DNA of 49,174 nt from Acholeplasma sp. Its GTDB lineage: Bacteria > Bacillota_I > Bacilli_A > ML615J-28 > CAG-698. Below the pieces are notes generated by a model. That model was not told where the DNA came from, searched no databases, and worked only from the letters and a program-made list of their open reading frames with translations. This document shows, one piece after another, positions 31,552 through 41,200 of the stretch (positions are counted from its first letter, which is position 1; each line of letters begins with the position of its first letter). A program made the translations under genes and the position numbers. Location: positions 1 through 49,174 of the forward strand of contig DUOW01000002.1 of NCBI GenBank assembly GCA_012838635.1, read 5' to 3'.

Positions 31552-32115
31552 TTAAATCGCCTCTCGTAAATAATTAGGTCCTAAATCATGTAATGATTCA
31601 ATTTCTTTAGCATTCGCAATAACTTTAAAGGGGTCTATTACATAATTATCTTCACCAATAAAACTAATACCTTTAGTTTTTGCTTCTTCTAAACTCATAT
31701 ATTGTTCTTTACCTGACTCATTTATTTTCTTATCTTTGATTTCAATAGCTAAACTATAAACGTAGCCTTTTTTAGCTTTATTCGTAACTACATATTTACC
31801 ATTAGTTTGACCACTACCTAAAAACATTAAACTAGGAATAACTTTTAAAGGTATCTTTTTTGTCCAAGCAAAAACTTTCGCAATCGTTAGACTAATTCTT
31901 AATCCTGTATAACTGCCAGGTCCAATACCAGTTACAATTAAAGTTAAATCTTCAACTTTTAATTCATTTACCTTTAATGCATCTTCAATAACTAACATTA
32001 GCTTTTCTGAATGATTGTTTTTACCTTCTTCTTCAAACTTATAAACTAATTTACCATTTTTAATTAAATATAAAAAGATATATGATGTTGATGTATCCAT
32101 TACTAAAGCATTCAT
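31552..32115 (-). CDS. tsaB: t6A biosynthesis protein TsaB
   Basis: 'MDTS', 'HSEKL', 'GPGSYTGLRI', terminal 'PNYLR'. Confidence 0.93.
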   Translation of the reverse strand: MNALVMDTSTSYIFLYLIKNGKLVYKFEEEGKNNHSEKLMLVIEDALKVNELKVEDLTLIVTGIGPGSYTGLRISLTIAKVFAWTKKIPLKVIPSLMFLGSGQTNGKYVVTNKAKKGYVYSLAIEIKDKKINESGKEQYMSLEEAKTKGISFIGEDNYVIDPFKVIANAKEIESLHDLGPNYLREAI

Positions 32116-32561
32116 TTTAATACCTCATCTAATAACTCTTGATATTTCTTACCAAAAGCAATAAGTTCAAACTTCCTTTTTTCTAAACCTAAATCTTTTA
32201 TCGAAATAAGCAAATATTCTTTTGGTAACAAATATTCTATATTCTTACCCCACTCAATAATTACGACTCCTCCTTGATCAAAATATTCTTCTAAATACTC
32301 ATCTTCTGATGATTTACTTAAACGATAAGCATCAATATGATATAAAGGAAGCCTTCCTTGATAAGTCTTCATAATTACAAATGTAGGTGAATTGACAATT
32401 TCTTTTACATCTAAGCCTAAAGCAATTGCTTGGGAAAAAGTAGTCTTTCCAGCTCCTAAGTCGCCTTCTAAAACTATCATCATATTAGGAAAAGCAAGCT
32501 TACCTAATTTTAAGCCTAATGCTTTTGTTTCTTCTAAACTTTTTATTACTAATTCTTCCAT
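32112..32561 (-). CDS. tsaE: t6A biosynthesis ATPase TsaE
   Basis: 'GDLGAGKT', 'SPTF', 'HIDAYRL', 'IEW'. Start set at ATG 32561 (AAGGTG RBS). Confidence 0.95.
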   Translation of the reverse strand: MEELVIKSLEETKALGLKLGKLAFPNMMIVLEGDLGAGKTTFSQAIALGLDVKEIVNSPTFVIMKTYQGRLPLYHIDAYRLSKSSEDEYLEEYFDQGGVVIIEWGKNIEYLLPKEYLLISIKDLGLEKRKFELIAFGKKYQELLDEVLK

Positions 32562-32578
32562 AATTAACACCTTTATTT

Positions 32579-32587
32579 ATTATACCA
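32579..32587 (-). promoter_or_regulatory. Extended -10 promoter of the tsa operon
   Basis: TGGTATAAT. Confidence 0.6.
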
Positions 32588-32593
32588 AAAATA

Positions 32594-32627
32594 TAAAAAC
32601 AACTCAAATAAATAGAGTTGTTTTTTA
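32594..32627 (-). terminator. Terminator after the nfu-hypothetical pair
   Basis: AAAAACAACTC...GAGTTGTTTTT hairpin. Confidence 0.7.
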
Positions 32628-32632
32628 TCATC

Positions 32633-33088
32633 TTATTCTTGGATCCATAATTCTTCTCTTAAACTACCTCTAACTGTTGGAATAAAAGCATAGACTAACA
32701 TTGCTAAACTAATCGGCATTGCTACTTGACAAGCTAGAGGAGCAAAATCAGTAACTAAGATTGCAATAACTCCACCAATTAAAACTAAACTTGCTAAAAC
32801 TAATTTGATAATGAGTTTTAATAAATTATATAAACCACCTAAAACTTCATTAAATATGATAACAAAAAAAGATAAAATCACAAAAACAAGAAAACTAAAA
32901 GCATAACGATATGTTAGAGTTTTAATCCTTGCTGCTTCAATAGCCTCTTCTGTCTCAGCAGTTGCAGGAATAGTTATAAAAAATACAATAACGATTGCAA
33001 CTATCGCTAAGATTGAAACAGCTCTTAATAAGTTTGCACCAAGTTTTTTCTTTTTTGCATCTTGTTTATTAACGATATATTTATTCAT
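32633..33088 (-). CDS. Hypothetical membrane protein (about 4 TM)
   Basis: Four hydrophobic segments. AAGGAG RBS, 11 bp after the nfu stop. Confidence 0.7.
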   Translation of the reverse strand: MNKYIVNKQDAKKKKLGANLLRAVSILAIVAIVIVFFITIPATAETEEAIEAARIKTLTYRYAFSFLVFVILSFFVIIFNEVLGGLYNLLKLIIKLVLASLVLIGGVIAILVTDFAPLACQVAMPISLAMLVYAFIPTVRGSLREELWIQE

Positions 33089-33099
33089 ATAAATCTCCT

Positions 33100-33330
33100 T
33101 TATGATAAATTTTCAACACCAATAATTTCTGGAACTTCTTCTAAAAGAATTGCTTCGATAGCATCATTTAAAGTTGTGTCTAAAGCAGAACAACCAACGC
33201 ATGCCCCTAACATCCTTACATAAACAATTCCATCTTCGAACCTTACATATTCAATATCTCCACCATGAGATCTAATGTAAGGTTTGATTTTACTTAAAAT
33301 AAATTTGATTTTATTTTCCACATTCTCCAT
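33100..33330 (-). CDS. NifU C-terminal domain (Nfu/YutI-type) Fe-S carrier
   Basis: 'IKPYIRSHGGDI', 'GACVGC', 'IEAIL..EVPEI'. Confidence 0.92.
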   Translation of the reverse strand: MENVENKIKFILSKIKPYIRSHGGDIEYVRFEDGIVYVRMLGACVGCSALDTTLNDAIEAILLEEVPEIIGVENLS

Positions 33331-33352
33331 TATTCTTCACCTCTTAATTATG

Positions 33353-33381
33353 ATTATACTACTATTTACTATCTTTGTCTT
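33353..33381 (-). promoter_or_regulatory. Putative sigma-A promoter of nfu
   Basis: AAGACA-17 bp-TATAAT. Confidence 0.55.
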
Positions 33382-34493
33382 TAAATATACTTTTCTAGTA
33401 AAACTATTGCTCTTGCTCCAACTCCTTTGCCTTCACCAATAAATCCTAAGCCTTCAAAATGTGTTGCTTTAAGATTAATCTTAGCTTTATCAACATCTAA
33501 AGTGTGAGCAATTAACTCTTGCATTTCGCTTAAATAAGAATTAATTTGGGGCTTTTCTAAATAGATTGTAGCATCAAGATTTACAATTTTAGTTTTCTCT
33601 TCTTTTAAAGTTTTAGAAACAGATTCTAAAAAGTAAATAGAACTAATATCTTTATATTTAGGATCTTGATCAGAAAAATTACTTCCTAAATCGCCTTTAC
33701 CTAAAGCACCTAAAATTGCCTCCGTAATTGCGTGTAATAAAACATCACCATCAGAATGGGCTTTAGCACCACTATGATAAGGAATTTTAATTCCCCCAAG
33801 ATATAAACTTTTACCAAGCGCCAAAGGATGAATATCTAAACTCTCACCAATAAGATAAGTTTTATTTAGGCCTTGAATTAAATATTCATAATCTTTTTCT
33901 TCCGTAACTTTTAAATTGTTATTACTTGATTTTACTTTTTTTGCTTTTACTTTTAAAACATCTAAAACTAAACTAACCTCATCAGGATAATCTTTTGTTT
34001 TAAGCGAAAAGGCCTCTTTTAATAATTCAGTTTTAAAACCTTGAGGAGTTTCAGAAAAATAAGCTTTACTGCGATCAATTAACTGATCTTCATAATATAA
34101 AGAACTTGGAACATCACTCATTAAAAAGGCCGCTTGATGCTTTTTAAGATTATCTAAAACTTCTAAAACATCGCTAGCTAAAGTATTACATCTTGCACCA
34201 TCGTGAACTAAAACATAATCACTAGTTACTTTTTTCAAACCATTAGCAACACTTTCTAATCTCGTCTTACCGCCAAAAGCAATAACTAAATCTAATTCAT
34301 ATTCTTCAAGAAGTTTTTTGATTTCTTGTTCATCTTCTTTTTTAATTACTAAAATAATTTGATTTAAGTTTTGTAAATCTTTGAATATTTCAATTGTTTT
34401 GATGATTAAAGGTTTAGAGCCTAACTCTAAAAATAATTTGTTTTCCCCAAATCTTTTGCTACTGCCAGCAGCTACAATAATAACATCAAACAT
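33381..34493 (-). CDS. ispDF: Bifunctional IspD/IspF (MEP pathway)
   Basis: IspD 'VAAGSSKRFG..K', 'VHDGAR', 'ETPQ', 'NLKVT'. IspF 'DIH', 'HSDGDVLLHA', 'NLKAT..EGLGF'. Confidence 0.9.
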   Translation of the reverse strand: MFDVIIVAAGSSKRFGENKLFLELGSKPLIIKTIEIFKDLQNLNQIILVIKKEDEQEIKKLLEEYELDLVIAFGGKTRLESVANGLKKVTSDYVLVHDGARCNTLASDVLEVLDNLKKHQAAFLMSDVPSSLYYEDQLIDRSKAYFSETPQGFKTELLKEAFSLKTKDYPDEVSLVLDVLKVKAKKVKSSNNNLKVTEEKDYEYLIQGLNKTYLIGESLDIHPLALGKSLYLGGIKIPYHSGAKAHSDGDVLLHAITEAILGALGKGDLGSNFSDQDPKYKDISSIYFLESVSKTLKEEKTKIVNLDATIYLEKPQINSYLSEMQELIAHTLDVDKAKINLKATHFEGLGFIGEGKGVGARAIVLLEKYI

Positions 34494-34495
34494 AT

Positions 34496-35002
34496 TTATA
34501 CCTCAAACTTAATAACTCTCTTTTCGGTAATTAAGATATCTACCTTTAGATCATGCGCTTCTTGAAAGTCATCATCTATCAATAAATCATCATAGATTAC
34601 ACCTATTTTTAAACCTGAAAAGTTTTCTAAAGCTTTATCATAATAGCCTTTTCCTCTTCCTAAGCGATAGCCTTTTTTATTATAAGCTAAAGCAGGAATC
34701 ACAATGACATCTAAATCATTAGTGTCTATTTTCTCTTCAGAAAGAGGTTCTAAAACACCAAATTTACCTTTTGTAAAGTTACCTGTATTTTTATAAAAAC
34801 TAATTCTATCATCTGTTTTAGGTAAATAGATATCTTCTTTTAATAATTTACTTAAATCAACTTCATTAGCTAATGCCATATATAAAGCTACCTTTTTACC
34901 TTCTAAAAAGAATTTTAGATATTGAATAATTCTTTGATCTTTTTCTTCTTTATTAGAAATAGGCTTTAAGCTTTTTCTTAATTGATCTTTATAAGTACTC
35001 AT
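34496..35002 (-). CDS. 5-formyltetrahydrofolate cyclo-ligase
   Basis: 'KFGVLEP', 'VIPALAYN..GYRLGRGKGYYD', 'EAHD..VD'. Confidence 0.92.
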   Translation of the reverse strand: MSTYKDQLRKSLKPISNKEEKDQRIIQYLKFFLEGKKVALYMALANEVDLSKLLKEDIYLPKTDDRISFYKNTGNFTKGKFGVLEPLSEEKIDTNDLDVIVIPALAYNKKGYRLGRGKGYYDKALENFSGLKIGVIYDDLLIDDDFQEAHDLKVDILITEKRVIKFEV

Positions 35003-36515
35003 CTAAATCATCATCATTTAAATCTATTTTTAAAGATTTAAAGTCATAACCAGCTTCTGGAACTACAACTTCTTTCTTAACATAGATACTGTATGGTTTA
35101 TTAAATTTAGCATCTTTGCTTAAAGCAAGAAGATCTAAACCTTCTTTAATAATGTCTTCATCTGGTGCTAAATCAGTATTTAAAATAACTGCTAAGTTAT
35201 TCTTAACTTCATACTTATTTTCATAAACATAAACTTCTGCTTCTAATAACTTTGAAGCCTCGTTATTTAAATTAAGTAATAAAGCATCATATACTTCTTT
35301 ATCTTCAATTAAAAAGGCATATTCTAAATTGGCTAATTTATAAATTGTTTCTTCTTTTAAAACGTTTTGGAAATATTCATGAACAATACTTTCAAATAAC
35401 CTTTGATCTTGTTTTAAATACTTTCTTAAAGAAGTAAAAGAAAGTAAAACTAAAGCAATCTTTTTATCTTTTGCTTGCTTTAAAGCTTCTTCTAATGAAC
35501 CTAAACCTAAATAATGGTAATGAGTTTGTGGCCTTTTTGCTAACTTAATAATATCATAATATCTACCATTGGCAAAGAAAGTTGATTGTTCAACCCAATC
35601 AATACCATTAATTGAATTAACACGATAATTATAAGTACTAGGCTTTTCTTTAGAAAATTCTTTATTTAAGTAAATTGGTAAGTCACTTGCCAGGATAATT
35701 TCTTGATAAGCTTTTTCGGTAATGATTTCTTTTGTTCCTAAAAGGTGCGCCATATTTTCACTTAAACGATAACTATTAATTTCTTGATCAAAAAACATTG
35801 TGATTTCTTTTTGTAAGTTGGCATAAATAACTAAGTCTTCAACTTTAAAAGGATTTAACTTTACATATTCATCCTTTTTGCCTTCTTTTAGAATATTGAC
35901 ATAAATTGCTTTGCCTACTACTTCTTCATCTACAATAATATTTTCCTTTTTATAGTTAACTTCTAAAACTTTGTTTTTAAGTTCTAAATAAAGCAAGAAG
36001 ACATCTTTTTCTTTTAAAGCACGATAAAACTTATTCTTTCTTACTTTCTCGTTATTGATTTTAGCTACTTTAATTTCGTTTTGCTTGTAAGGTAGCTTTT
36101 GGTAATAACTTTCTAAAAAGATAATTCTCTTTCCTCTAATCACACCTTGGCATTCAGGGTGTAATAGTTTTGCTTGTTCGATTAATTTAGAATCTTTCTT
36201 TTCATTCACAAGCATATTAACTAAAATTGCAATTTGCACTGCCATTAAAATAAGTCCATAAGCAAAAATAAATATAATCACATCTATCCTTGTCTCAAAT
36301 ATTTCAATTTTGTTATCGCCAAATAATAATTCTAGTCCTAATGAAGGTAAATGTAGAATCATTGAAATAACAGCAAATAATGTGAAGAAAAAAGTTACAA
36401 AAGGAAATCTTTTTCTCTTGAAAATAAGAACTATTTCAAGTAAAGCAAGTACACAAGCAAAAGCAATAATAATGCCTTCATTGGCGTTGATATGATCTCC
36501 AATTTTGCTAATCAT
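34989..36515 (-). CDS. Membrane protein with putative PAS-like and degenerate GGDEF-like domains
   Basis: Three N-terminal TM helices. PAS_3-like 'SENMAHLLG...YRVNSINGIDWVE'. GGDEF-like 'IALVLLSF...IYKLANLEYAFLI'. The ORF is secure; the domain calls are tentative. Confidence 0.55.
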   Translation of the reverse strand: MISKIGDHINANEGIIIAFACVLALLEIVLIFKRKRFPFVTFFFTLFAVISMILHLPSLGLELLFGDNKIEIFETRIDVIIFIFAYGLILMAVQIAILVNMLVNEKKDSKLIEQAKLLHPECQGVIRGKRIIFLESYYQKLPYKQNEIKVAKINNEKVRKNKFYRALKEKDVFLLYLELKNKVLEVNYKKENIIVDEEVVGKAIYVNILKEGKKDEYVKLNPFKVEDLVIYANLQKEITMFFDQEINSYRLSENMAHLLGTKEIITEKAYQEIILASDLPIYLNKEFSKEKPSTYNYRVNSINGIDWVEQSTFFANGRYYDIIKLAKRPQTHYHYLGLGSLEEALKQAKDKKIALVLLSFTSLRKYLKQDQRLFESIVHEYFQNVLKEETIYKLANLEYAFLIEDKEVYDALLLNLNNEASKLLEAEVYVYENKYEVKNNLAVILNTDLAPDEDIIKEGLDLLALSKDAKFNKPYSIYVKKEVVVPEAGYDFKSLKIDLNDDDLDEYL

Positions 36516-36526
36516 ATTTTATCCTC

Positions 36527-36880
36527 CTATTCAATTAGTAATTCAGCTGTTCTTTTATTTGTAGCTAGTGGAATATTGTATAAATCACAAAGCCTTAAAA
36601 GTGCTGAAATATCAGGCTCATGAGGTTGAGCCGTTAAAACATCACGAAAGAAAATAACAATTTGAATTTCTCCATTTACAACTAAATTACCAATTTGAAT
36701 ATCTCCCCCAAGTGGACCAGAATTCAAACAAGTAATTTTTAAACTAGTTCTTTCCATAATTCTTCTTCCTGTAGTTCCTGTAGCTACAAGGTCATGTTTT
36801 TTGAAGAAGTCTTCATATTTAATACAAAATTCAATTAGTTCTTCTTTTTTCTTATCGTGGGCAATTAATGCTATTTTCAT
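36527..36880 (-). CDS. mgsA: Methylglyoxal synthase
   Basis: 'IALIAHD.KK', 'ATGTTG', 'SGPLGGD.QIG', 'FFRD', 'PHEPDI.ALLRLCD', 'ATN'. Confidence 0.95.
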   Translation of the reverse strand: MKIALIAHDKKKEELIEFCIKYEDFFKKHDLVATGTTGRRIMERTSLKITCLNSGPLGGDIQIGNLVVNGEIQIVIFFRDVLTAQPHEPDISALLRLCDLYNIPLATNKRTAELLIE

Positions 36881-36888
36881 CTTTCCTC

Positions 36889-37692
36889 CTATTTATTCAC
36901 TAAATATCTATCAAGTAGATCGTGTAATTTTTCTAAAGTAATATCAATTGTAATTACGCCATCAGATGTAATACTAATATTTCCTGTCTCTTCAGAAACA
37001 ACAATTGTAATCGCATCATATCTTTCAGAAACACCAATTGCTGCTCTATGTCTTGTTCCAAGAAATGTTGGGATATCATATCTTTCTGTTGTTGGTAGGT
37101 AAGCACCAGCACAAACAATGCGGTCTTTTCTAATAATTACTGCACCATCATGGCATGCTGTTCCAGGTGTAAAGATTGTTGTTAGTAATTCTTGGGTAAT
37201 CTTACCATCAATTGGGATGGCATTATCAATAATGTTACTTAAGCTATCTTCTCTTTCAATCGTAACTAAAGCACCAATTGAACGATCTGATAATTGTTTC
37301 ATTGTATCTACTAATACTTTAATTACATTAGCTTTTTCTTCTTCAGATGTAAAGACATTATCAACTTTTCGTTTAAATAGTTTTGTATCGATATAATGCT
37401 TGATTTCTGAGGAATAAATTACGACTAAAATAAATAAAATTAGAAGCGAAAGTATTCTTAAAATCCAAGTCATAATTGGCATATCAAAGAACACAAAAGC
37501 TGAATGCGAGATAATTAATCCTAGTGATACTGGAACAATAATTGATAGTTTAATCTTTTTGCGAATTAAACTAATTGCGAGAATATAAACTATTACTGCC
37601 AAAGCTACATCAATTACAAAAAGTGTAACCTCTAACGGATTCTCCAATCTTGCCCTTAAATTATTCATTAAGTTTTCCCATGCTTCATTCAT
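36889..37692 (-). CDS. cdaA: Membrane-bound diadenylate cyclase (CdaA/DacA type)
   Basis: Three N-terminal TM helices and a DAC domain with intact 'HDGA', 'GTRHRAA' and 'VSEETG'. Confidence 0.92.
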   Translation of the reverse strand: MNEAWENLMNNLRARLENPLEVTLFVIDVALAVIVYILAISLIRKKIKLSIIVPVSLGLIISHSAFVFFDMPIMTWILRILSLLILFILVVIYSSEIKHYIDTKLFKRKVDNVFTSEEEKANVIKVLVDTMKQLSDRSIGALVTIEREDSLSNIIDNAIPIDGKITQELLTTIFTPGTACHDGAVIIRKDRIVCAGAYLPTTERYDIPTFLGTRHRAAIGVSERYDAITIVVSEETGNISITSDGVITIDITLEKLHDLLDRYLVNK

Positions 37693-38258
37693 ATTTTTTC
37701 ACCTTCCATTATTTTTTCTAATTTTTCTCTTCTCATCTGATCTAACTCCACAGTTTCATAAAAATATTTAATTACTGGAAGTTCTTTTTCATCAATTGCA
37801 TAATCAATTGCGTCTTGATTTTTTTCATCAACTAAGAAACAGTCAGCACCATATTGTCTTAACAGTTCTAGCATCTCTACATTTCCGTTTATAACTGCTA
37901 AATGTAAGGGTGTTTGATCTAACTCTGCTCCTAAATTAGGATTAGCCTTAGCTTCAAGTAAAGTCTTAGCTGCATTATATTTATTATCCTTGACCGCTAA
38001 ATGTAAGGGAGTTAAACCTTTTAAGTCTGCTAGGTCTATTATTATACCATATTTTACTAAAATCTTAATTAATCTTATTTCATCTTTCTTTACCGCAAAA
38101 TGTAATAAGCTATCACCATTATTTAATTTCGTACTTAAATTAAATCCTGCTTTTTGTAATCTATCTAATTGCGTATTAATATAGTAATAACTACGTCTTT
38201 TATCTTTCAAGGAATAAACGAAATCATTAAAAGTTTTCTTACTTATCTTATGTTTCAT
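37689..38258 (-). CDS. Ankyrin-repeat protein
   Basis: 'GDSLLHFAV', 'GLTPLHLAV', 'QTPLHLAV' and degenerate 'QDAIDYAI' at about 33-aa spacing. Confidence 0.9.
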   Translation of the reverse strand: MKHKISKKTFNDFVYSLKDKRRSYYYINTQLDRLQKAGFNLSTKLNNGDSLLHFAVKKDEIRLIKILVKYGIIIDLADLKGLTPLHLAVKDNKYNAAKTLLEAKANPNLGAELDQTPLHLAVINGNVEMLELLRQYGADCFLVDEKNQDAIDYAIDEKELPVIKYFYETVELDQMRREKLEKIMEGEKI

Positions 38259-41200
38259 TTTTAATTTCCTTTACAATATAATCAGCTATTTTCTTTAAGT
38301 CGTTATCAAAATGAGTAATCCAAACATTAATCATTTTAAAACCATTAGCCCTATAATGCTCGTAGTATTCACGATATTCATTTAAAATCTCATAATGGAT
38401 TTTCGTATAATCAAAGAATAATAAGACACCATACAAACGATCATTTTTCTCAATAATAATACTAATATCACCCGGTGCTTCATATACTTTATAACCTTTA
38501 GCTTCAATTAGCTTTTTTAATTCTAAGTTCATTTGGTTATAAGTAACCCCCGCAAAAATCGCCGCATCATCTTCTTCTAAGATTCCGTGTAAAGTTTTGG
38601 GAAATAAGTTATCACTTCTTATATAGTTATTACTATCATAGATGATTACTCTTTCATTACAAAGAAGTAATGTATCTAAAATATTTAAACTAATATGTTC
38701 TAAGTTTACTTCGTGATAATCTTCAAGCCAAATAACATTATAGTCAGCATGATATAAGTAAACATTATTGATATCGCCAATATTAATCCTTCTTGTTAGG
38801 ATTGTATAAATATCACTTGTACTTAAGTTGGCATGAATTAAACTATTAGCAATTTCTGTATATACTTCTTTTTGCTTTTCAAAATTACGGATAAAGACGT
38901 TAATCTTAATATCTTTGTTTGTCATATATAAAAGCGTAATGTAATAAACGATTTTATCTTTAATAATCTCAATTCCTCGATTACCGCTATAAGTATTCTT
39001 AATTAAACTTTGTAATCCTGGAATATAATTTAAAATCTTTTTTGGTGTAGGTAGATAACGAAAATCAAATTTAATAATTGTTTCATTCATCATCCTACTA
39101 ATTAAAGTATTAAAAACTGCTCCTTGAGGTTGAAGTTCCCCTGAAATAATAATTTGTTTTCCTAAAACAGCATTATAATACTCACTTGCATTTAATAGCT
39201 GTGCATCATCAATAATTACTAAATCAAAATCATTTACATCTAAGTAATAGTTAAGTAGGGAAACAGGAGCTAAAAATAAATGTTTAGTTCCTTTTGTTCT
39301 TTTAATATACCTACGATAATCTAATTCTTTAATATTGTGAACACTAAATTTATTACTACTGTGTTTTCTAATATCTGCAACTAAATTATTAATGTCTTTT
39401 CTAATTAAAGTTTTTTCCAAAGCAATAACCTTATTTAAAGCATCTTGGCAATCATCACCTTCTGGCTTTTTCTTTAAAAACTCATTTTTTAAATAAGCAA
39501 AGTAAGTATATTTAAAACTAGCTACTAAGTTATTATCTTTATTTTCAGAAACAACAATCTCGCTTAAATCTTCAAGTTTGTAGCTATTAATCTTTCTTAA
39601 ATTTCGATTAATTACTAAATAAGCATCTAATTCTTTTTCTTTTTTCAGTAACGTATTTAGATGTTCAATAATTACTGGAAAATCAAAATATAAGAAATAA
39701 GAAACTCCAGTTTGAAAATACTTAGCATAATTTTGGAAGGCACGATTTAAATCTTCACTTGCTTCTAAAGCGACATTTAAATGTTCGTTTATTTTCTCGG
39801 CATTTTTTGCCCCTAAACTAGCAATAACTTTACTATCACTTATGAAACAATCACGATATTTCTTAAAGTTTTGTAATGTTCTTTGAATATTGCTTAAGTT
39901 TGTGTTTTCGTTTAAATATAAATTGCCATAAATCTTTTGATATTTGCTATTACTTCTTAACCCCTTTACAATCCTGGCAATTTGATCTTTGCTTTCTGAA
40001 AGTTCATAATAGTCTTCTAAAGAAACATATTCCTTTTTTTCTAAAAGTTGTTCAATTAGTAAATCATTAGTTTTATATAAACTAGTGATATAGCTATAGA
40101 AACTAGTTAACTCTTGATAGATATCTTTAAAGCTATCTTTTTCTGATTCAAAACCAAAAACAGCGTAACTTCTTGTTAGTTTTGTAATTTCTATAATTGA
40201 ACTATTATAAGCATTTAAAGCGTTAGTTAATTCTAGCTTTTCTTGTTCAGTATATTTTTCCAACTTAATTGCTAAGCCTACTAAAGCTTTTTTAAATGTT
40301 GAATTTTTATTTTCTTCAAAGAAAGTTTCAATATTTTTATATCTTTTAACCATACCAGAAAAATCAGATCCTAAAAAGTAGTTCTCATAAATCTTGTCTA
40401 ATTTCATTAGCCCACGTTGAGCATCATAAACTTTTCTTGTTTTCTTAAGTAAAACATCATAATCTTCTTTAACTTTTCTTTGGTCTTCTTTACGATAAGC
40501 ATTAAGTAATCGTTTCTCAATATTGCTTATCTTTTTCTTATTTAAGATATTTAAATAGTTTTCAATACTGTTCATCCTTACATAAGGATATTCTTTTTCA
40601 AACTCATCAATTGTTCTTAGATAACGATTAGCTATTATTTCGGCTCTAAATAATTGTTTCACAAATATTTTATCTTGAGAATAATGAACAATATCTTTAA
40701 ACTTAAAAGCTCCTTCTTTATAAAGATCAAGAAAATGAATTAAGTTAGCTTGCATTGAATCATTTAGGAATAGTTTTATTTCAAATGCTTTTTCCAAAAT
40801 TTTTGAATTAATCTCATACAATTCTTTTTGGTAAGCAAAGTTATTGTTTAGCGTTGTTAGATCTTTCCTTGCTTTTAATAAAGCATTTAAATATTCTAAA
40901 TCTTGTTTACTATGCTTACCTAAAGCATCTTTAATTAATTTGTCAATTTCAATTGTTTGATAGTCTTTCCATTTAGCATCTAAATTATAGACGATTTCTT
41001 GTAAGGAAGTCATAATTTCCTTTAAACTATCAAATTCCTCAACTGCTTCTTCATAACTAGCAAAACCAACTTTTTTCCAAGATTCTGGCAAATCAGAAAT
41101 TGATAATTTCTTAATATTGCTCGTCGTATTACGAAATCTTGATAAACTATTTTGAGGAGCAACACCATATTTTGTTTCTAAAGTTGCTTTTTCTTTTTCA

